A DNA stretch of 64,000 nt from Selaginella moellendorffii (taxonomy: Eukaryota; Plantae; Lycopodiophyta): assembly GCF_000143415.4 (NCBI RefSeq), contig NW_003314408.1, positions 180,320-244,319 of the forward strand. Reading direction: 5' to 3'. Of this stretch, positions 12,461 to 22,760 are shown in pieces (the first letter of the stretch is position 1; every line of letters begins with the position of its first letter). Made by a program: the position numbers and the translations under genes. Below the pieces are notes generated by a model. It worked only from the letters and a program-made list of their open reading frames with translations, did not search any database and was not told where the DNA came from.

Positions 12461-14386
12461 CAACACCGGAGGATCAGTTCCAACCTCTTCTTTGGATCGA
12501 GTTTTGTCCATTTCTTGGCAAGCATTTGGTGCCAAGATGCAAGCTTGCGACAGCAGCACATATGGAGCTCCTTTCTCTGGAATGACATCAAAGATGGATT
12601 TCGTTGCTTCCTTGGCTCGTTCGTGGAGCTCACAGCCTCTGTGAGACCCAAGCACAGACGTCCAGTCCACACCATTAGCTTCAAAAGGCATGTTTTCGAT
12701 CAAATCTCTGGCGTCTCTCGTGTAGCCAGCTCGAGTAAACAGGTCCACCATGCAGCAGTAGTGCTGCTGCGAGGGTCTCATTTGGTGGCCCTCGATCATC
12801 CCAACAAAGAAGTCTCTTCCACTCTGAACTTTGCCTTCGTGACTGCAAGCAATCAGGATCAGTATCAAACTCAGCTCGTCGAACGAGTCCGCCACCTTCA
12901 TTTCGAAGAAAAGCCTCTTGGCCTCCTCCAGCTGCCGGTTTTGGGCGTAAGTTGCCAGCATCGCGTTCCACGAGATGGTGTCTCTTTCTGGCATTTCTTC
13001 AAAGACTTTCTTTGCTTGATCCTTGCGGCCATTGTGGCTGTAAGCAGCAAGCATCGAAGTCCACGAGACTGGAGAGTGGTACGGCATGCTGTCGAATATA
13101 AACTTGGCTTCCTGGATATAACCATGTTGGCTATACCCGCTAAAGGTGGCGTTCCAGGAGATGATATTCCTTTCGGGCATTTCATTGAAAACCATCTGTA
13201 CTTCCTCGAGATATCCACCTTGGGCATATCCGGAGAGAACAACATTCCACGAGACAAGATTGCGATGAGCCATAGTCTCAAAAAAGTGTTGCATCCTCTT
13301 TAGATCTCCACTCTGGAAGCTAGCGCCCAACAAGGCATTTTGAGACACCACGTTGTGTTCTGGCATTTTTTCAAAGAGTTCTAAAAAGTTTTCTAAATCT
13401 CCTCGATGAGCATATGCAGTTAGCATGGCATTCCATGACACCAAGTTCCACTGAGGCATGCTCTCGAAAATGTCCACGCATTTCTCGATAAGCCCATATT
13501 GGGCATATGCGGAAAGCATTGCCGTCCAAGATATCACATTTCGCTGCGGCATCTCGTCGAAGAAAGATCTCGCCTCTAAGGGAAATCCATTTTGAGCATA
13601 GGCACTCATTAATGTATTCCAAGAGATTAAGTTCCATTGGGGCATTCTATCGAACGCCAACTTTGCCGCAGAAAGATGACCATTTTGAGCAAAAGCAGCG
13701 AGCCTGGCATTCATCGAGATAAGATTTTGCTGTGGCATTTCATCAAAGATTCTCTCGGCAAGCTCGAGATGCCCGTTTTGGGCGTACGCAGCTAGCATAG
13801 AAGCCCAGGAAATCAAGTCCCTCTCCGGCATGGCATCAAACACCAGCTTGGCTTTCTCAAGGTGCCCATTTTGGGTATACGCCGCAAGAACAGCATTCCA
13901 AGAGCTAACATCATGTTGTGGCATGGCCTCAAACATCGTCAAGGCTTCCGCAAGATTCCTATTTTGCGAGTAAGCGCTGAGAATTGCGTTCCAAGAAACG
14001 TAGTTCTTATGTGGCAGCTCATCGAACATTACTTTTGCAACCTGCAAACGCCCGTTCTTGGCATATGCTGCAAGCATGGTGTTCCAGGCGGTGACGTCCC
14101 ACTCGGGCATTTCATCGAACAGCTGCTTTGCTCGATCAAGGTGACCATTACGAGTGTATGCAGTGAGCATTGCGACCCAAGTGAAGACACTCTTTTTCTT
14201 CTTGTCCTCGATTGCCGCAAAGATCTTCCTAGCATCCTGGACGCTGCCGCAGCGCCCATACATCTCGATGAGCTTGTTGGTGACGAAAGGGCTGGTGTTG
14301 CTGGGAAGGGTCGCGTGAATTTTTCTGGCTGTTGTGAGGTCATCGCAGCTCTTGATCAGTTCGATGCAGTCCCGAGGCTGAAGCAT
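12446..14386 (-). CDS. PLS-class PPR protein with E-type extension, 646 aa
   Basis: MYGRCGS N-terminal motif, tandem 31-aa repeats, HYCCMVDLFTRAG, APYVLLS. Confidence 0.92.
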   Translation of the reverse strand: MLQPRDCIELIKSCDDLTTARKIHATLPSNTSPFVTNKLIEMYGRCGSVQDARKIFAAIEDKKKKSVFTWVAMLTAYTRNGHLDRAKQLFDEMPEWDVTAWNTMLAAYAKNGRLQVAKVMFDELPHKNYVSWNAILSAYSQNRNLAEALTMFEAMPQHDVSSWNAVLAAYTQNGHLEKAKLVFDAMPERDLISWASMLAAYAQNGHLELAERIFDEMPQQNLISMNARLAAFAQNGHLSAAKLAFDRMPQWNLISWNTLMSAYAQNGFPLEARSFFDEMPQRNVISWTAMLSAYAQYGLIEKCVDIFESMPQWNLVSWNAMLTAYAHRGDLENFLELFEKMPEHNVVSQNALLGASFQSGDLKRMQHFFETMAHRNLVSWNVVLSGYAQGGYLEEVQMVFNEMPERNIISWNATFSGYSQHGYIQEAKFIFDSMPYHSPVSWTSMLAAYSHNGRKDQAKKVFEEMPERDTISWNAMLATYAQNRQLEEAKRLFFEMKVADSFDELSLILILIACSHEGKVQSGRDFFVGMIEGHQMRPSQQHYCCMVDLFTRAGYTRDARDLIENMPFEANGVDWTSVLGSHRGCELHERAKEATKSIFDVIPEKGAPYVLLSQACILAPNACQEMDKTRSKEEVGTDPPVLLGRG

Positions 14387-14451
14387 TCCATCTGTTTTGG
14401 TTTTGATTTTCGATAACCAATAGTTTTGTGACCCACGCTTGATTGAAACTC

Positions 14452-16122
14452 ATGCTCTTGCCCGATCCATCAATGGGCAGCACGACGCATTCGTTCTTTG
14501 AGCCAACGCCATTCGAAGCCATGGTCGCATCTACAAAGCTTATAATCGCAGAGGCCTCAAAAGGGCATATGGACAAAGCTCGTCTCATCTTTGACGCAAT
14601 GCCGCAGCACGATTCCATCTCCTGGAACGCAATGATGTCAGCGTATTCCACGCATGGCGATGCTGGAAAAGCAAAAGGGTTTTACGATAGAATGCCCGAG
14701 AAGACAATGCTCTCGTGGACATCTATGATGGCTGCATATACCACAGCTGGGGATTTTGAGCGTGTCAAATGGTGTTTTGATCATATGCCCATGCGGGACG
14801 TTGCGGCATACAATGTCATGCTGAACGCGTACTTAGACGATGGTAACATATTTACGATGAGAATTTTGTTTGATGAGCTTCCAGAAAAAGACATAATCTC
14901 ATACACAACGATGCTGTCTGCTTATTCCCAAAGTGGGAATCTTGAAGAAGCAAAGATGGTATTTGATGGAATGCCATGGAGGAGCATCTACTCCTGGAAC
15001 GCACTGCTCGTAGGATATGCCGAGAATCAAGACCTGGAGGATGCGAGGTATTTCTTTGATCGCATGCCACAATGGAATGTAGTTTCCTGGACAATAATGA
15101 TTTCTGCATATGCCAAGGCCTTTCGCAGCACAGACGCCATGAGCTTGTTTAGAGAGATTCCAGAGTGGGATATAGCTTTGTCCAATGCAGTTCTGAATGG
15201 TTTCAATGAATCAAGGGATTTGGAAAAGGTAAAACGATTCTTTGACGAGATGCCGGCTTGGAATCTAGTCTCCTGGACCACTTGCATTCAAGCATTCGCC
15301 TTGGAAGGGGATATCACAAACTCCCAGAGAATCTTCGACATGATGCCTTGTAAGAACCTGGTTGCTTGGAACGCCATTCTTTCAGCTTACATTCAAAATG
15401 GAAACATCAAAGATGCCATCCATACATTCAAGGCTATGCCCCAACACGATCAAGTGTCATGGACTAGCATGCTCTCTGGATACTCACGCTCCGGGCATCT
15501 TAACGAAGTTGAGTCTTTGTTCGAGCGATTGCCTTGCAAGTGTCTTTGCTCTTGGAATTCTCTGCTGGTGGGATATGCTGATAACTTGCATGTGGAGAAA
15601 GCCAAGCAAGTCTTTGAGAAAATGCCCCAGCATGATCAAATCTCATGGAATGCACTGCTTGAGGCATATTCTAGAGTTGGCGACCTTGCAAAAGCAAGGG
15701 GTATTTTTGAGGCTATGCCCGATAGAAATATTGTGTCCTGGAACACAATGCTCACTGCTGTTTCTTGTAGAAACTACTTGGGGAATGCATGGAAGCTTTA
15801 CAATATGATGCCTGAGCATGACTTGGTATCGCCCAGCATACTTTTGGCTGCATATTCTCATGACTTCGAAAAATCTAGTCAAATCTTCCACTGTTTAAGT
15901 ATTATACATTCTCCAGACAATGCGAGTTTTACATCACTTCTTGCCTCTTGCAGTTGTACAGGGACACTCTCTAAAGGACTAGCTTACTACCATTCTATGT
16001 CAATAGATTATGCTTTGGTTCCAACCAAGCAACACTATTCTTGTATGTTAGATTTGTTCATTCGATCTAATCATCTTCAAGAAGTAAACGAACTCTATCA
16101 ACAACACATGAATTTATTTTAA
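14452..16122 (+). CDS. PLS-class PPR protein, C-terminally truncated (E region incomplete)
   Basis: Tandem 31-aa repeats; the ORF ends shortly after HYSCMLDLFIRSN. First ATG at 14452 (the ORF track starts at a TTG). Confidence 0.85.
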   Translation: MLLPDPSMGSTTHSFFEPTPFEAMVASTKLIIAEASKGHMDKARLIFDAMPQHDSISWNAMMSAYSTHGDAGKAKGFYDRMPEKTMLSWTSMMAAYTTAGDFERVKWCFDHMPMRDVAAYNVMLNAYLDDGNIFTMRILFDELPEKDIISYTTMLSAYSQSGNLEEAKMVFDGMPWRSIYSWNALLVGYAENQDLEDARYFFDRMPQWNVVSWTIMISAYAKAFRSTDAMSLFREIPEWDIALSNAVLNGFNESRDLEKVKRFFDEMPAWNLVSWTTCIQAFALEGDITNSQRIFDMMPCKNLVAWNAILSAYIQNGNIKDAIHTFKAMPQHDQVSWTSMLSGYSRSGHLNEVESLFERLPCKCLCSWNSLLVGYADNLHVEKAKQVFEKMPQHDQISWNALLEAYSRVGDLAKARGIFEAMPDRNIVSWNTMLTAVSCRNYLGNAWKLYNMMPEHDLVSPSILLAAYSHDFEKSSQIFHCLSIIHSPDNASFTSLLASCSCTGTLSKGLAYYHSMSIDYALVPTKQHYSCMLDLFIRSNHLQEVNELYQQHMNLF

Positions 16123-16301
16123 TATTTTAATTCTTAAAAAAAAAAACATATTGAGCCCTATTGAGAATTATATTGAGGTTTCATCACAATTATAACAAAT
16201 TCAAAGCAATGTTTCTTATCTGAACGGAATCGTTTAAAGGAAGGTTTATAAAGTAAATTACTATGTAGGACTAGGTCGTGTTGCAATAAAGAACTGGAAT
16301 A

Positions 16302-17305
16302 ATGAGTGAGCCAGCGGCAGGCGACACTCTTACAATGGCGGCGCTCAAAGTGCTGTGCATGGGTGATCCATGGAAGAAGGCCGAGTATGGAGACACCGCC
16401 GCCACTCTCTGGCAGAGCGGAGCCATTCTCGTGCCCTATGCCACTGCACAAGAACAAAAAGTACCGGATCATCCCGCCCGCAACTCCATCGTAAGTTTCC
16501 TCTTTGATGTCCATTTGGAGCTCTGTTAGAACGATGCTCTCTCGCTAGGTGAAGCTGGTGGCTCCTCAGCAAATGCCCAAGCTCGGCAAGGCCGGTAGCT
16601 TGCTAAGCCGCAAGGCGCTTCTCCACAGTCTTGTCAACATCGAGAGCTGGGCGATCGATCTTTCTTGGGTATGTTCTCCGGACAAAATCTCTGTCCACTA
16701 CTTTATAGTAAACACTTGTGTGTTGCTCAGGATATTATAGCTCGATTTGGCGAGGAGGAGCGGCTGCCAAGGGAGTTCTTCGACGATTTCGTCCGGGTTG
16801 CTCAAGACGAAGGCAGGCATTTCAGGCTCCTGGCTGCTCGGCTGGCGGAGCTGGGATCCTTCTACGGCGAGTTTCCTGCTCACGAAGGCCTGTGGAGCTC
16901 CGCTATCGAGACGTCCGGCGATCTAGCAGCCAGGCTCGCCGTGGAGCATTGCGTTCACGAGGTTGGACTCTCTGTTTGCTTGAAGATCTTAACTTGAAAC
17001 TTTGATCGCAGGCTCGGGGTCTCGATGTTCTTCCGACCACCATCTCGCGTTTCCGGAAGAATGGCGACGAGGAGACTGCCAAGCTGCTCGAGTCTGTGAT
17101 CTATCCCGAGGAGATTACTCACTGTGCGGCTGGTGTCAAGTGGTTTGCATTCCTGTGCCAGCGAAGAGCGCAAGGCCGAGAAGGCGAGGTGGACAAGGCT
17201 GCCATTGCCAAAGAGTTCCACACCACTGTGAGGAAGCATTTCAGAGGTCCCTTGAAACCACCTTTCAATGAAGCAGCGAGGAAAGCCTCTTGCAAAGAGC
17301 GATAA
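16302..17305 (+). CDS. DUF455 ferritin-like di-iron family protein, 4 exons
   Basis: LHSLVNIESWAIDLSW, DEGRHF, PAHEGLW, ARGLDV, EEITH and PPFNEAAR motifs joined by GT-AG introns at about 16491, 16669 and 16962. Confidence 0.85.
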
Positions 17306-17401
17306 AGCACAAGCCTGACAAGAAAAAAAAAACGATTTTTTTTCAAAAAAAAAAAAGAAGAGAAAAAACAAAACTTACTCAGACTCAGACAAAAGATTCG
17401 C

Positions 17402-17483
17402 CGTGGACGGCAGGATTCGAACCTGCGCGGGCAAAGCCCACATGATTTCTAGTCATGCCCGATAACCACTCCGGCACGTCCAC
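17402..17483 (-). tRNA. trnS-AGA: tRNA-Ser (anticodon AGA)
   Basis: GTGGACG acceptor stem, A-box GGAGTGGTTATCGG, anticodon arm CATGA-CTAGAAA-TCATG, long variable arm, GGTTCGAATCC T-loop, and a downstream TTTT terminator. Confidence 0.96.
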
Positions 17484-17557
17484 CAAGAACGAAAACAAGC
17501 TCCTGGCCAAACAACTTAGCTCCAAATGCATCAACATAGAATTCTTTAAAACCTTAC

Positions 17558-19318
17558 TTATCGTTTGCGGAATCGCGATTGGAGCAGCGTGAGCAGCTCC
17601 CTCGTCTCGGCATCCACGGAGAAGCCCATCTCCATCGTCCAGTCCATGAAACGCTTGAGAGAAGCCCCGTGGTTCAAGTAGGCCTTGAGCACCACCCTGT
17701 AGACCCGCATGTTGATGAAGTGCTTGAGCACGCTGTTCATCCGGAAGATCCTGTCGATCACCGCCACCTCCCCGCGGCTTGCGAAATGATCCAGCAGATC
17801 GAGCACCACCCTCTCCCACGCGGAGCAAATGCAGCGATCCCTTAGCACCGTGCACCCCATGCTGAAAACCTGGAGCGCCTTCTTCACCTCTCCCTCACGC
17901 AGGTAGCCCGCGATGAGATACTTGTAAACGACGAGCCTGTGCTTCATCCTCTTCCGCGGGAGCTTCTGGAAGAGCTCCCGGGCCTTGTCCGCGTAGCCGT
18001 AGTGCGCGTAGACGCTGAGCATGGCGATGACTTGGTTCGTCTCCAGGAGCCCGTCCACTTTGGCGAAGATCTCCTCCGCCTTGTGGACTCCCTCGGCTTT
18101 CCCAAACGCGGCGATGGCGTAGCTGTAGCTGTCCACGGCCTTGAGAGGCCGGCTGCTCAGGATGCTCCAGATGCTCTCCACTCCCTCCTTGTCTTTGGTG
18201 TCTCCATACAGCCGCAGCAGCTTGTTGTAAGTCGCCTGCTTCCTCCGGAACAAGCCCGAGTCGAGTCCCTCCTCGAGCTCCACCAGAGCTTTCCCGGCCT
18301 TGTCGAAGCACCCGACCGAGATGTATCCGCAAGCGAGGATGAGCAGCGTCGACTCATCGGGCCTCGCGTTTGGATCCTCCTGGAGCATCTGGTACACCTC
18401 CTCCAAGCCGCTGGCGTTCTTCTCCTTGCAGTGGAAGCCGAGGTACAAGTTGTACGAGCTCACGTCCGGTGCCACTCCCAGTGACTTTGCCTCCTCGAAG
18501 AGATCCGGTATCCGCTTCCTCAAGTCCGGCTGCAAGGAGAACAGCATCATCTGGTTGAGCGCCGACGCCTCGGTATACCACGACCTGTGCTTGAGCTCCT
18601 TGAAAAGTCTCTCCATCACCACCCGGTTCTCTCGCTGGGGCGAACTTCCGGCCATGAGGACGAGCAGCGCCTTCTTGCGCTTGTAAACCCGGGGGAGATT
18701 GGCAAACATGTTCTCAGCTGCTCGATCGCACCCGGCCAGCGCCGCGAAAGCGATCTGGAACATGTAGTCGAGCTCTCCCAGCTCGAACTTCTCCGAACGG
18801 ATCATGTAGTTGGCGACTTTCCAGCCGGGCTTGTATTTCTCGTTCCGGAGGAGCTTGAACAAGACGCCCCTCATCATCGCCTTGGTCATGTCGAGCTCGT
18901 TCTCTCGAAAGACTCTCACCACATTGCGAGAGGCGTCCACGCCTTTGATCAGCTTCTTCACCTTCTTCCACAGCGGCTCCGCGATCTGGCAGTACTCCTC
19001 CACTTCCTTCTCGCCATCGCCAAGCAAGGCCTCTATGCGGGACTGATCCTTGAGCTCTTGGTTGAGAAGCTTGATGTGCTCCACCCCGAGATGGTCCGCT
19101 TGATCTGGAAGCATAGACTGATACTCTGGAAAGTATTCTCGCGTCTCCTCGATCGTGAGATAGCTCCTGGAGCAGCAATGCAGAATGCTTCTTCCATTGC
19201 GCTCCAGTGTGAATCTGGGTGCCGCATTCCTTCGCCTGCACAGGATCCATGCCTGAAATCCTCATTGTGATCTCTACTCCGGCGAAGCGCTAGATCTTAC
19301 CTCGCGCAAGCTCCACAT
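17558..19318 (-). CDS. P-class PPR protein with predicted mitochondrial presequence
   Basis: An 18-nt first exon (19318-19301, MWSLRE), a 48-nt GTAAG...TTTCAG intron, and an in-frame exon from 19252 give the Arg-rich N-terminus [14 protein letters not shown]. This is followed by 35-aa P-type repeats ([22 protein letters not shown]). Confidence 0.82.
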
Positions 19319-19386
19319 TCACGCGCGCAAGAACCCTAAACCCTTATGCCCTAAATTTCTCTTTTTTCTTCTCGAGGAGGAATGCC
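19319..19386. promoter_or_regulatory. Short bidirectional promoter with telo-box-like motifs
   Basis: Only 68 nt lies between the divergent ATGs and it contains aaccctaaaccct. Confidence 0.55.
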
Positions 19387-21379
19387 ATGGCGATCCTGTC
19401 GCCCAGCGCTCCCGGCTGCTGCTGCTACAGCAGAAGAGTGAGATTTTCTGGGGATGGACGACGACGAATGTGCATCGGCGCCGTGAAGCTGGCCGAGCGC
19501 GCGAGATTCTGGACGGGATCTGGCTGTGCATTTCGCAGCGGTGAGATTTTACTGTTTGCCTCTCAGAAAAGGAAGAATCGAGTGAAGAGATGCAGCTCCA
19601 GCGGCATGCATTTTGCGACCATGGCTGTGGATTACTACGAAACGCTGGGAGTTCCAAGAACAGCCACCGTTCTGGAAGTAAAACATGCATACCGAAAGCT
19701 CGCGAAGAAGGTTTTGCTCACATTTTCTGGCTCTAGTTTTCATCTGAGATTTCTAGCCTTTTGTTGGCAGTACCATCCAGACAAAGCTCCCGGGAACGAG
19801 GAGAAGTTCAAGGCAATCAGTGCAGCTTACGAGGTCTTATTTTTTCCTCTCACACTGGCTCGAGACTTTGAAGCCTGGATTTACCGCAGGTGCTTTCGGA
19901 CCCGGAGAAGAAAGAATACTACGATAAGTATGGCGATGCCGATTTTCAAAACGGTGTGCCTCCTGTAAGTATGATCCTTCTCGTCTCTAGATTTGATGGT
20001 TTATATTTTTTTGGTACAGACGAATCCTTTCGATATCTTCCAGTCTGTATTTGGAGAAATGGCTGGAATGAGACCCGAGAACTTCCAGGGCGCGGATCTT
20101 GGGTATAATCTCTGATTGATGTATACGCTGCTCTGATTCTGTGAAGCCAGGTACGAGCTGCATTTGGAGTTTACGGAGGGAATTTTTGGAGCAGAAAAGA
20201 AGATCGAAGTTTCACATTTAGAAACATGCAACAATTGTGATGGCTCTGGGGCGTACTTAGGAAAGGTGAAGCCATGTAAGGCTTGCCGTGGCAGCGGACA
20301 AACATTTGAAACACAGCAAGCAAGCTACGTTACATTTTCCAAGGTTTCAGTTTGTACAGATTGTGATGGCCGGGGCGAAGTCATTCTCGACTACTGTAGA
20401 ACTTGCGGAGGCGAAGGCGTAGTTTTAACCAAGAAAAACATTGACGTGAAGGTGCCAGCCGGTGTGAAAAATGGCAACACACTACGAGTGCCTCATGAAG
20501 GACATGCAGGGCCGAGGAGGTACGATCTTCAAAATCTACTTCAAAACACATTGTTTTTTTTATAGGACCCCGCCTGGAGATCTCTACATCTCTTTGAAAG
20601 TAAAAGATTATCCTGGCATCAAGAGGGAGGGGAATAACCTCCTTTCTACCATCTCGGTTAGTTATGTGGATGCTATCCTTGGGACATTAGTGGAGGTAAC
20701 ACTCTTTTTTGTTGGCTGGATTGCGTGGCTTACGTCCAAGTTTTTGTAGGTGAATACACTGGGTGGTAAAGCTGTTATACGAATCCCTCCAGGTACTCAA
20801 CCCGGTGACACGGTGGTGCTTCCAAATCAAGGTGTTCCAAGGCTAGGTTCACCGCGTACTCGGGGTAGCCACATTTTTACAATTCAAGTAAAAATTCCCA
20901 GGTCCTTGAGGTGCGTGAAACAGCTGCACTGGATTTGTCGTTCAATATTTTTTTTGTTGCAGCTCTGAGGAAATTCAGCTGGTAGAACGACTGGCTCATT
21001 TGCAAAGGTTGAAGAGCGATTGGAAAACAAAGAACACTTTCAGTGGGAGAAAATCGACTCAAGGTAAAGTAATTTTGTGGTTTCTTACAATGCTTGAGCA
21101 CTTTATCAACAGGAAATGGGGAAACTGGATTTTGGCAAGCCTTCAAAAACGCAATCGGGTATGGTTTGTTTCTGAACTTGTTTTGGTTAATAAATTCTTT
21201 ATTTGAGCAGGGTTGGGGGGTCTCGTCCTCGGAGCAAGTTCGGCACTATGTCTCTACAACTGTCACAAAAGACTTGTCCTCAGTTTGGTTTTATTTCTTC
21301 TGCTGGAGCTTCTACCGTAGTACTCTTGGCTGCAGTGCTCTGGACACTCTGCCGACCTCGAGATTGCCAAAAGAGGTGA
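19387..21379 (+). CDS. Type I DnaJ/HSP40 chaperone, probably plastid-targeted, multi-exon
   Basis: Transit-like N-terminus, J-domain (DYYETLGV...YHPDK), four CxxCxGxG repeats and C-terminal domains ([15 protein letters not shown]). The final exon was inferred by splicing. Confidence 0.88.
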
Positions 21380-21448
21380 AGCACCGGTAAAGAGAACTCA
21401 TATTTTATTCGGCTTTCGTTCAGAGGTAATAAATTTTGTTTGAAGATC

Positions 21449-22642
21449 TTACACAGCAGAGTTGATGGCTTTCCAGGCATCAGCCCAGGTCTCCATGACA
21501 GCAGCTACTCTTTCAAAGCTCGGATCGAGACCTCTCAGCTTACCTTTAACCATTCGAGCAATCTCCGCGTAGCAATCCTCCGCGTTAGTAGCATTCTTGG
21601 AAAGCCGAAGAGTTTGGAAGAAAGGCACGACGTCTTCCAGCAGGAGCAGCGGTTTAAACTCTGTCTTCAAGCTTGCAAGAGCCCCAGCAGTAGCGCCATT
21701 GGAAGAAAAAGAACTATCAGGTCCTCTCCAAACGTATGGAACTCCAGTCTTGACGCCAAAGCCGAGATGGTCCGCTACAACTTTAGCACACAGGCCAGCC
21801 CAGACATCATCGACACTCGTGGAGCTGCTAGAGCCCGAGAACAGCGAATCCTGGCCGCCGATGCCTAGACGAAGAAGCATGCATGGTCCTATCAGCCGTC
21901 GATCAAACGCTACGTTGGATCCGCTGAGAGGGAAGAGTGAGCCTTTGGGGATGGTGACGACGGCGTCCACGTAGCGCTGCGTGCGCTCGTGTGGCTTGAC
22001 AATGGCCGTGGGAGCGTCATAGTCGGGCAAGCCGAGCGACAAGCCGTGCGACATGACGGTGGTGACGCCGAGACGCAGGCTAAACGGGTAGCCGCGGACA
22101 AAGCCGACCGAGTCCGCGCGGTGTGGATCATACAGGGTGTTGAAGTAGTACGGCGTGGCCTTGGAGCGTAGATTGGCCAGGTGCTGCTCGACAGCGTCCA
22201 GGAGCTCTCCGGAGCCGAGATCTTTGGCCGGGACAACGTCCTCGAGGAAGGAGACGACGTAGCGGGCTTTGGAGACGAGAAAGCCGAAGGATCGACAGGC
22301 GCTTCCAGCGAAAGGATTGAGGAGGAGGGAGCTGAGCGTGATGGAGTGGCGCTTGCTGCTCTTGGCGGCCAAGGCCTCCAGGAACTTCTCGGCGTCCCGC
22401 TTGGTGACGACCTCGGAGTTAAGTTCGTGGAAGAGGAGGAGGTTTTGCAGAACTTTTTGCTGCTCGTCTTGCTCCTCCTCGTCCATGGCGTCGTCCGTCT
22501 CCAAAACTACGATGAGGTGGTGGTGCTGGAGGACGGGCTTCCAGGCCGAGAAGAGAGACTGGAAGTTTGATCGAGAACTCACCGTCATTACCACGTCCAA
22601 GTCCCGGCCCGCGTCCGCGTTCATCGCTGCGTGTGGATCCAT
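21449..22642 (-). CDS. RGP: Divergent reversibly glycosylated polypeptide / UDP-arabinopyranose mutase family protein (GT75), intronless
   Basis: SACRSFGFLVSK, TPYYFNTLYDP, FVRGYPFSLR, PDYDAPT, DDVWAGLCAKVVADHLGFGVKTGVPY. Confidence 0.9.
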   Translation of the reverse strand: MDPHAAMNADAGRDLDVVMTVSSRSNFQSLFSAWKPVLQHHHLIVVLETDDAMDEEEQDEQQKVLQNLLLFHELNSEVVTKRDAEKFLEALAAKSSKRHSITLSSLLLNPFAGSACRSFGFLVSKARYVVSFLEDVVPAKDLGSGELLDAVEQHLANLRSKATPYYFNTLYDPHRADSVGFVRGYPFSLRLGVTTVMSHGLSLGLPDYDAPTAIVKPHERTQRYVDAVVTIPKGSLFPLSGSNVAFDRRLIGPCMLLRLGIGGQDSLFSGSSSSTSVDDVWAGLCAKVVADHLGFGVKTGVPYVWRGPDSSFSSNGATAGALASLKTEFKPLLLLEDVVPFFQTLRLSKNATNAEDCYAEIARMVKGKLRGLDPSFERVAAVMETWADAWKAINSAV

Positions 22643-22760
22643 GCTTGGAAAGCTCTTGAAGTTTTAATCAGCGAGTGGCATTTCCAATGCTTTTCCCTTG
22701 TTTTGTAGCAATGCCAACTTTCAAGAGGATCATTGTGAAGTCCACCTCGCAAACGACTAG

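Noticed and set aside
12515-14416. Long antisense ORFs (262 aa and 184 aa) opposite PPR2, and similar shadows over other GC-rich genes
   Set aside because: Expected by-product of codon bias in repetitive or GC-rich coding DNA; no independent motifs.
10112-16122. ~93-nt periodic repeats that could be mistaken for a CRISPR-like array
   Set aside because: They are degenerate PPR coding repeats with no invariant repeat-spacer structure, in a eukaryotic context.
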